A stretch of DNA of 64,000 bases. Source: Candidatus Brocadiia bacterium. Its GTDB lineage: Bacteria > Planctomycetota > Brocadiia > SM23-32. Below the pieces are notes generated by a model that searched no databases, was not told where the DNA came from, and was given only the letters and a program-made list of their open reading frames with translations. The stretch is from contig JBKHIT010000009.1 of assembly GCA_046538485.1 (NCBI GenBank), positions 42,790-106,789 of the forward strand, written 5' to 3'. A program made the translations under genes and the position numbers. This document shows, one piece after another, positions 1-9,644 of the stretch (position 1 is the first letter of the stretch; every line of letters begins with the position of its first letter).

Positions 1-739
1 TCTGAGCGTTCGTGGCGTTATTCATGATATCAGTTTCGACGTGAAAAAGGGCGAAATTCTGGGTATAGCAGGATTGGTCGGAGCCGGACGTACGGAACTG
101 GCGGAAGCTATTGTAGGACTTCGCAAGAAATCTGCAGGCGAGATTTATATCGACGGTGAGCGGTGTCGAATAAAAAAACTTGCCGACGCTGTTCGGCACG
201 GGCTGGCTTATCTGTCGGAGGACCGTCAGGGGAAAGGCATACTTCGTGGATTCGCGTTGCCAGCCAACATTTCGTTGATTTCGCTGGCGCAGTACTCTCG
301 ATGGGGATTTGTGGATAAAACCTCTGAAAAGGCCAGTGCTCAAGAGCATGTCGAAAAATTTAACATAAGGGCTCCATCTCTTGGCGCCAAACTCCGGTAT
401 CTGAGCGGTGGTAACCAGCAAAAGGCCTATCTGGCAAAATGGATGGATACCGAACCGCGCATCATGATTCTGGATGAACCGACCCGGGGGATCGACGTTC
501 AGGCGAAACGAGAGATATATCGGTTTATCCACAATCTTACCAATTCGGGAATTGGCTGCGTCGTGATTTCGTCCGAGCTTGAAGAAATAATCGGTATGTG
601 CAACCGGGTTCTTGTGATGCGTGAGGGGAAGGCTGCCGGCATACTTGATTCCGACAAAATTTCGGAAGAACAAATCATGTATCTTGCAACAGGTGTTGAA
701 GGTGCAACGGTGAGCGGCGGATCATACAACGTCGATTGA
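1..739 (+). CDS. Sugar ABC transporter ATP-binding protein (RbsA/MglA-like), 5'-truncated by window edge
   Basis: Second ABC domain of CUT2 ATPases: GIAGLVGAGRTE, EDR, LSGGNQQK, ILDEPTRGIDV, ISSELEE; frame open from position 2. Confidence 0.93.
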   Translation, partial: LSVRGVIHDISFDVKKGEILGIAGLVGAGRTELAEAIVGLRKKSAGEIYIDGERCRIKKLADAVRHGLAYLSEDRQGKGILRGFALPANISLISLAQYSRWGFVDKTSEKASAQEHVEKFNIRAPSLGAKLRYLSGGNQQKAYLAKWMDTEPRIMILDEPTRGIDVQAKREIYRFIHNLTNSGIGCVVISSELEEIIGMCNRVLVMREGKAAGILDSDKISEEQIMYLATGVEGATVSGGSYNVD

Positions 740-750
740 GGTATTCGTCA

Positions 751-1704
751 ATGGAATTGCAGAAAGCACGTGACTTTGATTATACGAAGATCGCACCTTT
801 TGTGGCTCTTGCGGTTCTGATTGCTGTTTCTGCGACCATGAGCGAGCATTTCTTGAAACCTCAGAATCTCCTCAATGTACTTCGCCAGGTGTCGTTCACT
901 GGCGTGATAGCGCTGGGGATGACCTTTGTCATTATAGGGGGAGGTATCGATCTGTCCGTGGGATCGGCTGTTGCCTTCGCGGGGGCGATTGGCCTGATGG
1001 CGATGAATTCCGTTGGAGACGGCGTAGTGGCGGTCCTGGCAGGCATTGGGGCCGCCGTTGGAGTGGGAAGCGCCTGTGGTGCGTTCAACGGAATACTCGT
1101 GGCGAAAGGTAGAGTTGCTCCGTTCATTGCTACGCTCGGGACGATGTCCATTTTCCGCTCCCTGACGCTTCATATCTGTCAAGCTGGGGAGGTGCGCGCG
1201 AATAACGCTTTGTTCCAGAAACTTGGCGCGGGAACTTTCCTCTGGGTTCCGGTCCCCGCGTGGGCCTTCCTTATTCTGGCGGTCCTTTTTCACATCTTGC
1301 TTACGAAAACGCGTTTTGGACGTTATGTTTATGCGGTTGGAGCGAACGAAACTGTGGCACGGTACTCTGCTATCAAGGTCGGATGGATCAAAATGGGGAC
1401 CTACGCTCTGACCGGGCTTGCCGTTGCCATAAGTGCAATTTTGCTCTCTTCTCGTCTCAACTCGATAAGTTCCACGGGAAGTGGGCAGTTTTATGAGCTC
1501 GATGCAATCGCCGCAGTTGTCATAGGAGGAACGGTTATGTCAGGCGGTGAAGGTACAATTTACGGAACGGTTGTCGGGGCTATCGTTCTGGGTATTATCA
1601 GCAATATGCTGAACCTTATAGGTGTTTCTACCTACTTGCAGGGCACAGTGCGAGGATTAGTTATAATCGGTGCAGTCCTGCTTCAGTACAAAAAAGGCGA
1701 CTGA
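751..1704 (+). CDS. Sugar ABC transporter permease (RbsC family)
   Basis: GMTFVIIGGGIDLSVGS, PFIATLGTM, TRFGRYVYAVGAN, YELDAIAAVVIGG motifs; hydrophobic; ATG at 751 preferred over TTG at 736. Confidence 0.92.
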   Translation: MELQKARDFDYTKIAPFVALAVLIAVSATMSEHFLKPQNLLNVLRQVSFTGVIALGMTFVIIGGGIDLSVGSAVAFAGAIGLMAMNSVGDGVVAVLAGIGAAVGVGSACGAFNGILVAKGRVAPFIATLGTMSIFRSLTLHICQAGEVRANNALFQKLGAGTFLWVPVPAWAFLILAVLFHILLTKTRFGRYVYAVGANETVARYSAIKVGWIKMGTYALTGLAVAISAILLSSRLNSISSTGSGQFYELDAIAAVVIGGTVMSGGEGTIYGTVVGAIVLGIISNMLNLIGVSTYLQGTVRGLVIIGAVLLQYKKGD

Positions 1705-1814
1705 CACAAAACAGGGGATCGGAACATCCCTGGATCGACTTGACATACATGACTGTCCCAATCAATATTAACCATTCTGGGACCAATTTTAAACCCGCGA
1801 TTAAGGAGGATAAG

Positions 1815-2876
1815 ATGAGAGGAAAAGTATACACGGCAATTTTTGTGAGTGTGATCATTCTCCCCCTTTTAATGTTAGTTTCAGGGGGTTGTGAACGATC
1901 GGAAGAGTCTTCGAGTTCCGCCGACGCGAGCGTAAGAGGTTCTTCAGAAAATGGTGGCGTGCGCAATCCGGAAGCATCGAAACCTGTAACCATCGGAGTC
2001 TCCATACCGACGGCCGATCATGGCTGGACCGGTGGTGTGGTTTGGTGGACGAAAAACGCGATAAAAGATTGGAAGGACAAAGATCCTCACGTGACCTTTC
2101 ACCTGGCAACTGCTAATTCGCCCGACAGGCAGGTTAACGATGTCGAAGACCTGATGATTAAAGATATCGACGCCCTGGTAATCTTACCGCACGATTCGGC
2201 TCCGCTGACACCTGTGGTGGAGGAAGCTCACAAGAAAGGCATTTACGTGGTCGTGATCGATCGTGGTCTCACCAAGCCCGTCTCCGACGTCTACGTTGCG
2301 GGCGATAATCCGGGTCTGGGGCGCGTAAGTGCCCAATGGATGGCCGAGCGCCTGAATGGTAAAGGAAAACTGGTTGTCCTGGAAGGCATTCCTTGTGTGA
2401 TTAATAAAGAACGTGTCAATGCGTTTAATGAAGTTATGAAAGAATATCCTGACATTGAGATCATGGATTCGCAGCCAGCGTACTGGAGTACCCAAAAGGG
2501 ACTGGAAATAATGGAAAATTACGTCCAGAAATACGATCACATCGATGCCGTGTGGGCGCAGGATGACGATGTGTTGAAAGGCGTACTCCAGGCATATAAA
2601 GAGTCCGGCCGAGATGATATTAAATTTTTCCTCGGTGGGGCAGGATCAAAACACATGATCAAAAAAGTGATGGAAGGCAGCGAGCTTGTACCGGCGGACG
2701 TAACTTACCCGCCTTCGATGGCAGCAACCGCCGTTAGCCTGGCTGTCAAAGGATTAAGAAACCAGCCTCTGGATGGGTTTTACCAACAGAAAATTCCGTC
2801 GAAAATTATCCTTGCTGCGGAACTCGTAACGGAGGAGAATGCGGAGGATTATTATTTTCCTGACGCGATTTATTAA
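1815..2876 (+). CDS. Sugar ABC transporter substrate-binding lipoprotein (RbsB-like)
   Basis: AAGGAGG SD before ATG 1815; signal peptide with VSGGC lipobox; periplasmic binding protein motifs (IDALVILPHD, VVVIDR, VWAQDDD). Confidence 0.9.
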   Translation: MRGKVYTAIFVSVIILPLLMLVSGGCERSEESSSSADASVRGSSENGGVRNPEASKPVTIGVSIPTADHGWTGGVVWWTKNAIKDWKDKDPHVTFHLATANSPDRQVNDVEDLMIKDIDALVILPHDSAPLTPVVEEAHKKGIYVVVIDRGLTKPVSDVYVAGDNPGLGRVSAQWMAERLNGKGKLVVLEGIPCVINKERVNAFNEVMKEYPDIEIMDSQPAYWSTQKGLEIMENYVQKYDHIDAVWAQDDDVLKGVLQAYKESGRDDIKFFLGGAGSKHMIKKVMEGSELVPADVTYPPSMAATAVSLAVKGLRNQPLDGFYQQKIPSKIILAAELVTEENAEDYYFPDAIY

Positions 2877-3102
2877 TATTTTTACGGTTGTTTTCCGGCT
2901 CCTCTCCGATTTGCCGCTGTTTCTCGCTCCGGCACTGGTAGAAAGAAGAATTCAAAAACAGTGAATGGGCAGAAGCGATTTCGGTTAAGGCCGTCGTGCA
3001 GATTCCATACTGACAGCGTTATAATCGTGATCGTGAAATCAGTTAAAACCAGACCACTGCGAATGGTCTGGGGACATCATACGTGGGGTGGGATCGTCGA
3101 AC

Positions 3103-3182
3103 CACTTATTGTTGTTGTAAATTCTTACATCTAAACGGCATGCCCTGTTTTACATAGCCTGCATCCGTAAGGTGCACGTTAG
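3103..3182. repeat. 80-nt intergenic triple-hairpin (REP-like) repeat, copy 1
   Basis: Ungapped alignment to 11390-11469 with 68/80 identities by manual count. Confidence 0.85.
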
Positions 3183-3240
3183 AACGTGGTTTACTGAATA
3201 CTTACGAATGGATACGAGAGGGCAAATTAACGGGTATAGC

Positions 3241-3269
3241 TTGACAGGCCGGGGGTGGGCACATAGAAT
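3241..3269 (+). promoter_or_regulatory. Sigma70-type promoter of nusA-infB operon
   Basis: TTGACA-17 nt-TAGAAT, about 120 nt upstream of nusA. Confidence 0.8.
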
Positions 3270-3341
3270 AAAGTTAGTAGTTTGTTTCTGTTAAAAAACT
3301 CCGTTTGCTCGTGCGGGCGGAGACATAGTAGTTGTGTCTCG

Positions 3342-3373
3342 ATGGGTGGGGCCTTGTGCCCCGCATTTTTCTT
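3342..3373 (+). terminator. Leader attenuator-like hairpin upstream of nusA
   Basis: GTGGGGC-cttgt-GCCCCGC followed by ATTTTTCTT, between the promoter and the nusA start. Confidence 0.55.
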
Positions 3374-3388
3374 ATAGGGCGTCCTGAC

Positions 3389-4942
3389 ATGCGCGGAAAA
3401 GAAATACTCAGGCTCGTAGATGGCCTGCACAGAAATAAGGATATCGACGCCGAGATTATTTTCAAGGCCATCGAAAGCGCGCTCGAATCAGCGGCCAGGA
3501 AGCATTTTGGTTCCAGCGAAGATGTGTCGGTTGATATCGACCGGGAAACCGGCGAAGTCGAAGCCTATATTGAGGGAGAGCGGGTGGAGCCCGAAGAGCT
3601 CGGTCGGATCGCGGCCCAGACAGCGAAGCAAATCATCACTCAACGTATCCGTCAGGCCGAAAGCGAAATAATTTACGAAGAATACACTGAGAAAAAAGGG
3701 CAGCTTGTCACCGGAACCGTGCAGAGATTCGACGGTGGAGCAACTATTATTAATCTGGAGAAGACCGAAGCAGTATTGCCCCGTTCTGAACAGATTCCGG
3801 GCGAGCACTATCAGCCAGGAGAACGAATCCGCGGAATTGTTCTGGATGTGAGGAAATCTGGTGAACAGGCCAAAATTATCCTGTCCCGTACTCATCCGGA
3901 TCTCGTTAAACGGCTTTTCGACATAGAAGTTCCGGAAGTCGGTGAAGGAGTTGTTGTGGTGAGGCGTATCGCGCGAGAACCAGGGCAGCGGACGAAAATT
4001 GCCATGGAGAGCCTCGAGCCTCATGTCGATTGTATCGGTGCTTGTGTGGGAGTTAGAGGGACTCGAATTAAGAGCATTATTGATGAGTTGAGTGGGGAGA
4101 AAATTGACATTATACCGTGGCGAGAAGCTCCAGAAATTCTGATTGCCGATAGTTTGAAACCAGCGGAAATCCTCCAAATGACTCTGGAGGAGGGAGAAGG
4201 TACTAAGCATGCGACGGTTGTCGTACCGGAAGACCAGCTTGCGCTGGCGATCGGACGTAAAGGTCAGAATGTCAGACTGGCAGTAAAATTAACAGGTTGG
4301 GATATTGATATACAACCTCCAGGGGCTCTGGAGGAAGAAGAAACCGAGGGAAAAGAGGAGGAAGAAATGGAAGAGTTGCCTGAAGAACCGGAGGCCCCGG
4401 AAGAAAAGGAACCTGAGGAGCCTGAAACTGCTGAAGGAGAAGCGGCTCCCGTTGAAGATGAGGTGCTGGAAGAACCTGAGGTGGAAGAGGAACCTGTAAC
4501 CGAAGAAGAGGTTCCCCCCGAGCAGGAAATGCAGCCTCAAGAAGAAGTTGAGGAAGACGACGCCGATGGTATCATCCCGGACTTGGAAGAACCATCCGCC
4601 GGTGAGGATCTGTCGGCTGTGGCCGAAGAAAACAATGTGCCTGAAATCCCTGTTTCGGAACTCGAACCGGCGGAAGAAGCCCCGGCGGGGCTTGACGAAA
4701 CAGCGGATATAGACGAGGAGAATCTGCCGGAACTCTCAGAAGAAGCTTCGGAAGTAGAGGAAGAGATTCCGGAACTGCCTCAAGCGGAAAATCCTGAGGA
4801 GGAAACACTTGAGGCCCCCCCCCCTCAGGAAGCAGAAGAACCGACGGAACCAGAGGAAGATGTCGTTGCTGCAGAAGATGAAGAGCCAAACGGCAATGTA
4901 TCTGAACCGGTTGAAACTCCCGAAGAAGACGAAGAAGGTTAA
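3389..4942 (+). CDS. nusA: Transcription termination/antitermination factor NusA with ~200-aa acidic tail
   Basis: LGRIAAQTAKQ, S1 domain, AREPGQRTKIA, GACVGVRGTRI, LAIGRKGQNVRLA; ATG at 3389. Confidence 0.96.
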   Translation: MRGKEILRLVDGLHRNKDIDAEIIFKAIESALESAARKHFGSSEDVSVDIDRETGEVEAYIEGERVEPEELGRIAAQTAKQIITQRIRQAESEIIYEEYTEKKGQLVTGTVQRFDGGATIINLEKTEAVLPRSEQIPGEHYQPGERIRGIVLDVRKSGEQAKIILSRTHPDLVKRLFDIEVPEVGEGVVVVRRIAREPGQRTKIAMESLEPHVDCIGACVGVRGTRIKSIIDELSGEKIDIIPWREAPEILIADSLKPAEILQMTLEEGEGTKHATVVVPEDQLALAIGRKGQNVRLAVKLTGWDIDIQPPGALEEEETEGKEEEEMEELPEEPEAPEEKEPEEPETAEGEAAPVEDEVLEEPEVEEEPVTEEEVPPEQEMQPQEEVEEDDADGIIPDLEEPSAGEDLSAVAEENNVPEIPVSELEPAEEAPAGLDETADIDEENLPELSEEASEVEEEIPELPQAENPEEETLEAPPPQEAEEPTEPEEDVVAAEDEEPNGNVSEPVETPEEDEEG

Positions 4943-4998
4943 TCAGAGAGCAAACCTTTTCTGGAAAGTCGTAAGCTTAAGTAGATTCGGTGGATAAC

Positions 4999-7260
4999 AT
5001 GTCGGAAAACGTAAAAATTTACGAAATCGCGCGCAAGATTGGGATCTCCAGTTCTGAACTGGTGGATTTGTGCGAGCGAGCAGGGTTTGATGAAATAACG
5101 CATCACTCCAATGCCGTTTCACCGGAAAAAGCTGAGGAAATCCGGAAGGCGGCCATCAGACTTTACAAACCAAAGGAAGAACCGGATAAGACAAAGAAGA
5201 CAAAGAAGCCAAAAAAGACCAAAAAGAAAAAAAAGCCGGAGAAAAAAAGCAGGCCTATCCCGACCACCGAACATGTAAAACCTGTCGCTCCCCCTAAACC
5301 TAAAGGACGACACGCACCCAGGGAAAAAAAGGAAGAAGAAAAGGAATCGGGGGGACCGAAGCAAAAAGCTGCCGGCAGAGAAGAAAAGAAAAAGGAAGAA
5401 AGGGACACCGGCGAAAAAGAGGAAGAAAAAGGGGGCAAGACTACCAGAACGGTTATTTTTAAGCAGCGAGAAAAACCACCAGAGACCGAACGAGCGTCAG
5501 AAATCGAAGTGACGCTCCCTGTTACGCTGCGAGAACTTTCAGAAAAAATGGGGGTCAGCGCAAGCGAACTTATCAAAACGCTGATGTTGGAACATCAAAT
5601 TCGGGCCAACATTAACCAGACCCTGGAGCGTGAGGTCATCGAGTTGCTCGGTCTCGAGTACGACATCGAAATCAACTTTGAGGCTGCAAAAACCGCTGAA
5701 GATATCCTTGAAGAATATATTCCCGAAGACAATCCCGACAAGATGGAAACTCGACCGCCCGTGATCGCACTCTTGGGACATGTGGATCACGGGAAAACAT
5801 CTATCCTTGATTGCGTCCGCGATACGAGTGTTGCCGAACAGGAAGACGGTGGAATTACACAGGATATTGGCGCATGGCAGATGGAATATGAAGGGCAACG
5901 CGTTACTTTTGTCGATACGCCGGGGCATGAAGCTTTCACGGCAATGCGTGCGCGGGGAGCTCAGGTTACCGATGTCGTCATCCTGGTCGTTGCCGCTGAT
6001 GACGGCGTTATGGCCCAAACTGAGGAGGCGATTTCCCATGCACGGGCGGCTGAGGTCCCAATCGTAGTGGCGTTGAATAAAATTGATAAACCAGAAGCCA
6101 ACACAATGCAGGTGCTGCAACAACTTGCAAAGCACGAATTAAATGCAGAAGAATGGGGCGGCGAGACCGGATGCGTGGAAGTATGTGCCCTGACTGGTGA
6201 AGGGATCAACGAGTTGCTGGAGCGGACGCTCCTGGAAGCGGAAATCTTGGAATTGGAAGCCGATCCGACCAGACCAGCAGATGGTGCTGTTCTTGAGTCG
6301 CGAATGGAAGAAGGGCTCGGAGTGGTCGCTAACGTTATCGTGCGGGGTGGACATCTGGAACCGGGCGATATCATGGTATGTGGCCCAGCGCATGGGCGCG
6401 TTCGTTCGCTACTGGGCCAGCGAGGACAAGAAATTTCGTACGCCGGCCCGTCCACCCCCGTGGCCGTGAGCGGTTTGGACCGCGTTCCGGAGGCGGGTGA
6501 CCCGTTTGTGGTTGTCAAGGATCTGGATGTTGCCCGGGAGGTTGCTGAAGAGCGCATCGAAAAAATGGAGCAGGAAAGACGTCGGCCCAGATCCCATATC
6601 ACGCTGGAAAATCTCTACCAGAGCCTGGCGGCCGGTGAAGAAGAACAGCTCCGAGTCGTTGTCAAAGGTGACGTTAAAGGTTCTCTTGAGCCCCTCGTCA
6701 ACAGTCTTGAACAGTTAGGAACCGATGATGAAGTCAGCGTCAGAGTTCTCCACAGGGGGGTGGGCCCGGTTAATGTCAGTGATGTGTTGCTGGCGGATGC
6801 CTCAGATGCGGTCGTTATTGCTTTCCGCGTCGGTATGGAAGAACGAGCACGGGAGGAAGCCAGAGAAACGGGCGTTGATATCCGATATTTCCGCGTTATC
6901 TATGAGGCAATTCAGGAGGTTAAAGACGCCCTTGAGGGACTTCTGGAACCCGAGCGAAGAGAAGAACGCGTCGGTGTGGCTGAGGTGCGCCAGATATTCA
7001 GAATCAGTAGTGTGGGGAATATCGCCGGATGTTACGTACGGGATGGCGTTGTTAAACGCGGAAGCCGGGTGCGACTTGTCCGCGACGGGACAGTTGTGCA
7101 CGAAGGACGCATTGAGTCTTTACGCCGCGAGAAAAACGATGCGCGGGAAGTGGAAAGTGGCTACGAGTGTGGTATAAAACTCCAGAATTATAACGATATT
7201 GAAGTCGGCGATCTGATTGAGTGTTACACTGTTCGAGAAGTCAAACGCGCGCTGTCCTGA
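4999..7260 (+). CDS. infB: Translation initiation factor IF-2
   Basis: RPPV..LGHVDHGKTS, DTPGHEAFTAMRARGA, NKID; follows nusA. Confidence 0.97.
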   Translation: MSENVKIYEIARKIGISSSELVDLCERAGFDEITHHSNAVSPEKAEEIRKAAIRLYKPKEEPDKTKKTKKPKKTKKKKKPEKKSRPIPTTEHVKPVAPPKPKGRHAPREKKEEEKESGGPKQKAAGREEKKKEERDTGEKEEEKGGKTTRTVIFKQREKPPETERASEIEVTLPVTLRELSEKMGVSASELIKTLMLEHQIRANINQTLEREVIELLGLEYDIEINFEAAKTAEDILEEYIPEDNPDKMETRPPVIALLGHVDHGKTSILDCVRDTSVAEQEDGGITQDIGAWQMEYEGQRVTFVDTPGHEAFTAMRARGAQVTDVVILVVAADDGVMAQTEEAISHARAAEVPIVVALNKIDKPEANTMQVLQQLAKHELNAEEWGGETGCVEVCALTGEGINELLERTLLEAEILELEADPTRPADGAVLESRMEEGLGVVANVIVRGGHLEPGDIMVCGPAHGRVRSLLGQRGQEISYAGPSTPVAVSGLDRVPEAGDPFVVVKDLDVAREVAEERIEKMEQERRRPRSHITLENLYQSLAAGEEEQLRVVVKGDVKGSLEPLVNSLEQLGTDDEVSVRVLHRGVGPVNVSDVLLADASDAVVIAFRVGMEERAREEARETGVDIRYFRVIYEAIQEVKDALEGLLEPERREERVGVAEVRQIFRISSVGNIAGCYVRDGVVKRGSRVRLVRDGTVVHEGRIESLRREKNDAREVESGYECGIKLQNYNDIEVGDLIECYTVREVKRALS

Positions 7261-7299
7261 TTCCGGGCCATCAGGGGGCCTTGCAGGAGTGATCCGACC

Positions 7300-7587
7300 G
7301 TGGTTGTGGGAATACTTGATATCAAACTCGCCTTGCGCCAGTGCCGGTCCCTCAAGAACAAACGGCGCATTTTGAACAGTTTGAAAGACCGTTTGTGCAA
7401 TAAACATAATGTGAGTGTTTCGGAAGTAGATAAGCAGGATTTCTGCCAGACGGCGCATGTGGCGGTGGCTCAGGTCTCATCAGACGCTCGATATGTGCGG
7501 GGTTCGCTGGAAAAGGTGGTAAAAATGGTCCGCAAGTTTCGTGGCGCACAACTGACGGATTATAGTATCGAAGTTTTCCATCAGTAA
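7300..7587 (+). CDS. DUF503 (YlxP-like) protein
   Basis: SLKNKRRILNSLKDRL..HNVSVSEV motif; typical position between infB and rbfA. Confidence 0.85.
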   Translation: MVVGILDIKLALRQCRSLKNKRRILNSLKDRLCNKHNVSVSEVDKQDFCQTAHVAVAQVSSDARYVRGSLEKVVKMVRKFRGAQLTDYSIEVFHQ

Positions 7588-7604
7588 ACCTACCGAAGGA
7601 TTGC

Positions 7605-7985
7605 ATGATGGTTACAAGAAAACACAGAGAAAAAGAAGAACTTCTCCGCCGTGAAATCAGCAGTATCATTTTGCGAGAGCTCAATGATCCCCGGTTGGGA
7701 TTCGCAACGGTCACCCGAGTTACGGCGGACGGAGAATTCCGGACGGCCAAAGTGTACCTTATGTTGCGTGGTTCAGAAAAAGAATGTCAACAAACAATTA
7801 ACGTTCTCGCTCATGCTCGTGGCCGTATCCAGGGCCTTGTGGCGAGCCGTATCAAATTGCGTAATACACCGGTGCTGGAATTTGTTGAAGATGAGGAAAT
7901 GCTTGAGGCCCTCCGTGTGGACCGGCTGATTGACGAGGTTATGGAGGAGCAGCGGAAACGTAAGCAGAAGACGGATGATGAATAA
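7605..7985 (+). CDS. rbfA: Ribosome-binding factor A
   Basis: REISSII.RELNDPRLG, TVTRV, AKVY, LRNTPVLEF; synteny. Confidence 0.93.
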   Translation: MMVTRKHREKEELLRREISSIILRELNDPRLGFATVTRVTADGEFRTAKVYLMLRGSEKECQQTINVLAHARGRIQGLVASRIKLRNTPVLEFVEDEEMLEALRVDRLIDEVMEEQRKRKQKTDDE

Positions 7986-8024
7986 TAGAGTCGCAAGCGA
8001 GACGGCATAGCGAGGTAATAAAAA

Positions 8025-8693
8025 GTGGTGAGTGCCAAGAAAAAAAAGGAAATAGCCGAAGAAATCGCCGAATACGCCATTGACAAGTACGGAGATCCCA
8101 CAAGGCGAAAGGTGCGGCCACCGCTGGACCAGCTTATCCAAAGCGCTCTGTGGCGTTACACAAGTGTTCGCCGTGGAACCAGGGCTCTCAGACAATTGAA
8201 ACGAACTTTTGTGGACTGGAACGAAGTGAGAGTTAGCCCTCCCGTGGAAATTGCCTCGGCTATGGCCACAACCGATTGGGCAACAACTGCAGCGGAGCAT
8301 ATAAAGAAAATTCTGGAAAGCCTTTTCGACCTAAGAAACGTGGTGTCTCTGGGCTTTCTTGATGAGTTGACAACGGCCCAGGCGAGAACGTTCCTGCGCA
8401 GTTTGCAGGAAGTCCCGCGGGATCTTGCCGACGAAGTGTTGCTGTTCAGCATCGATGCTAAAACTTTTCCCATCAATATTCATACCGCCCGGATGGCTTA
8501 CCGCTTGGGTTTGGTTAAAAATCCTCGGGCTACTCAAACCAATCAAAGAAGCCTTATGAAACTCTGGGACAAAGACGATTATGTGGCAGTAGACCAATTG
8601 TTCGTTGATAATGCACGTGAGATTTGTTCTGAAAGCGAACCACGTCATAAAAAATGCCCGGTGGAGTCGATTTGCCCGAAAAAGGGACTTTGA
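8025..8693 (+). CDS. HhH-GPD/endonuclease III-like protein, probably catalytically degenerate
   Basis: PLDQLI, FVDWNEVRVS, VLLFS...FPINIHTARMAYRLG; C-terminal C-x6-H-x2-C-x5-C. Confidence 0.7.
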   Translation: MVSAKKKKEIAEEIAEYAIDKYGDPTRRKVRPPLDQLIQSALWRYTSVRRGTRALRQLKRTFVDWNEVRVSPPVEIASAMATTDWATTAAEHIKKILESLFDLRNVVSLGFLDELTTAQARTFLRSLQEVPRDLADEVLLFSIDAKTFPINIHTARMAYRLGLVKNPRATQTNQRSLMKLWDKDDYVAVDQLFVDNAREICSESEPRHKKCPVESICPKKGL

Positions 8694-8745
8694 ACCGTAA
8701 ACGAACTTTCAAAAACTTTCCGATGTTGCTCCAGGAGCATTACGA

Positions 8746-9618
8746 ATGAAGAAACTCAATTTAGGTATCCCCAAAGGAAGTCTGCAGTCTTCAACGATCG
8801 AGATGATGCAGAAAGCAGGCTACCAGGTTGAAGTGCGTCATCGATCCTATTTTCCCGCCATTGATGACGACGAACTTAATGTGCGTCTGTTTCGCCCTCA
8901 GGCTATGTCTCGCTTCGTCGAAAAAGGTGTTATTGACGCCGGACTGACCGGTGCGGACTGGATTGCTGAAAATGAGAGCGATGTCCACGAGGTCGCAAAA
9001 TTGGTATATGCCAAACAACAGCTTGTCCCCGTTCGATGGGTCGTGGCGGTGGCGGAGGGTAGCGATATCGAATCCGTGGAGGACCTTGAAGATAAGCGTA
9101 TAAGCACCGAGCTGGTCAATGTGACCCAAAAATTCCTGGATGAACGGGGAATCAACGCAACGATTGAATTCAGCCACGGGGCGACAGAAACAAAAGTTCC
9201 GGACCTGGTCGATGCTATTGTGGAATTAACTGAAACGGGGCGAAGCCTCCGGGAAGCCAATCTGCGCGTGGTGGAAACAGTGATGGAGAGCACTACGTGC
9301 CTGATAGCGTGTGAAGAATCATGGCGGGATGAATGGAAACGGAACAAGATTGAGAGTCTTGGCATGTTATTCAAAGGTGCTATGGTGGGGCAAAATAAGG
9401 TGGGGCTAAAGATGAACGTCGAAAAGGAAGCGCTCCAGAGGGTGTTGGACGTGCTACCAGCTTTGCGTAAACCGACTGTCAGTCCCCTGAGCGAAGAGTC
9501 GGGTTATGCCGTGGAGACGGTGCTGGAAGAGAAGATCGCTCGAGATCTTATCCCCGATCTAAAACGGGCCGGCGCCCAGGGTATAATCGAATACGCTTTG
9601 AACAAAGTCGTTTTATAG
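8746..9618 (+). CDS. hisG: ATP phosphoribosyltransferase (long form)
   Basis: LGIPKGSLQ, IDAGLTGADW, EFSHGATE, DAIVELTETGRSL; C-terminal regulatory domain. Confidence 0.95.
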   Translation: MKKLNLGIPKGSLQSSTIEMMQKAGYQVEVRHRSYFPAIDDDELNVRLFRPQAMSRFVEKGVIDAGLTGADWIAENESDVHEVAKLVYAKQQLVPVRWVVAVAEGSDIESVEDLEDKRISTELVNVTQKFLDERGINATIEFSHGATETKVPDLVDAIVELTETGRSLREANLRVVETVMESTTCLIACEESWRDEWKRNKIESLGMLFKGAMVGQNKVGLKMNVEKEALQRVLDVLPALRKPTVSPLSEESGYAVETVLEEKIARDLIPDLKRAGAQGIIEYALNKVVL

Positions 9619-9644
9619 AGCCTGAAGCACTCGGCAAAACAACA

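Noticed and set aside
4320..5460. GAA/AAA-rich low-complexity DNA as tandem repeats or frameshift sites
   Set aside because: Reflects Glu/Lys-rich coding sequence; the nusA and infB frames are intact.
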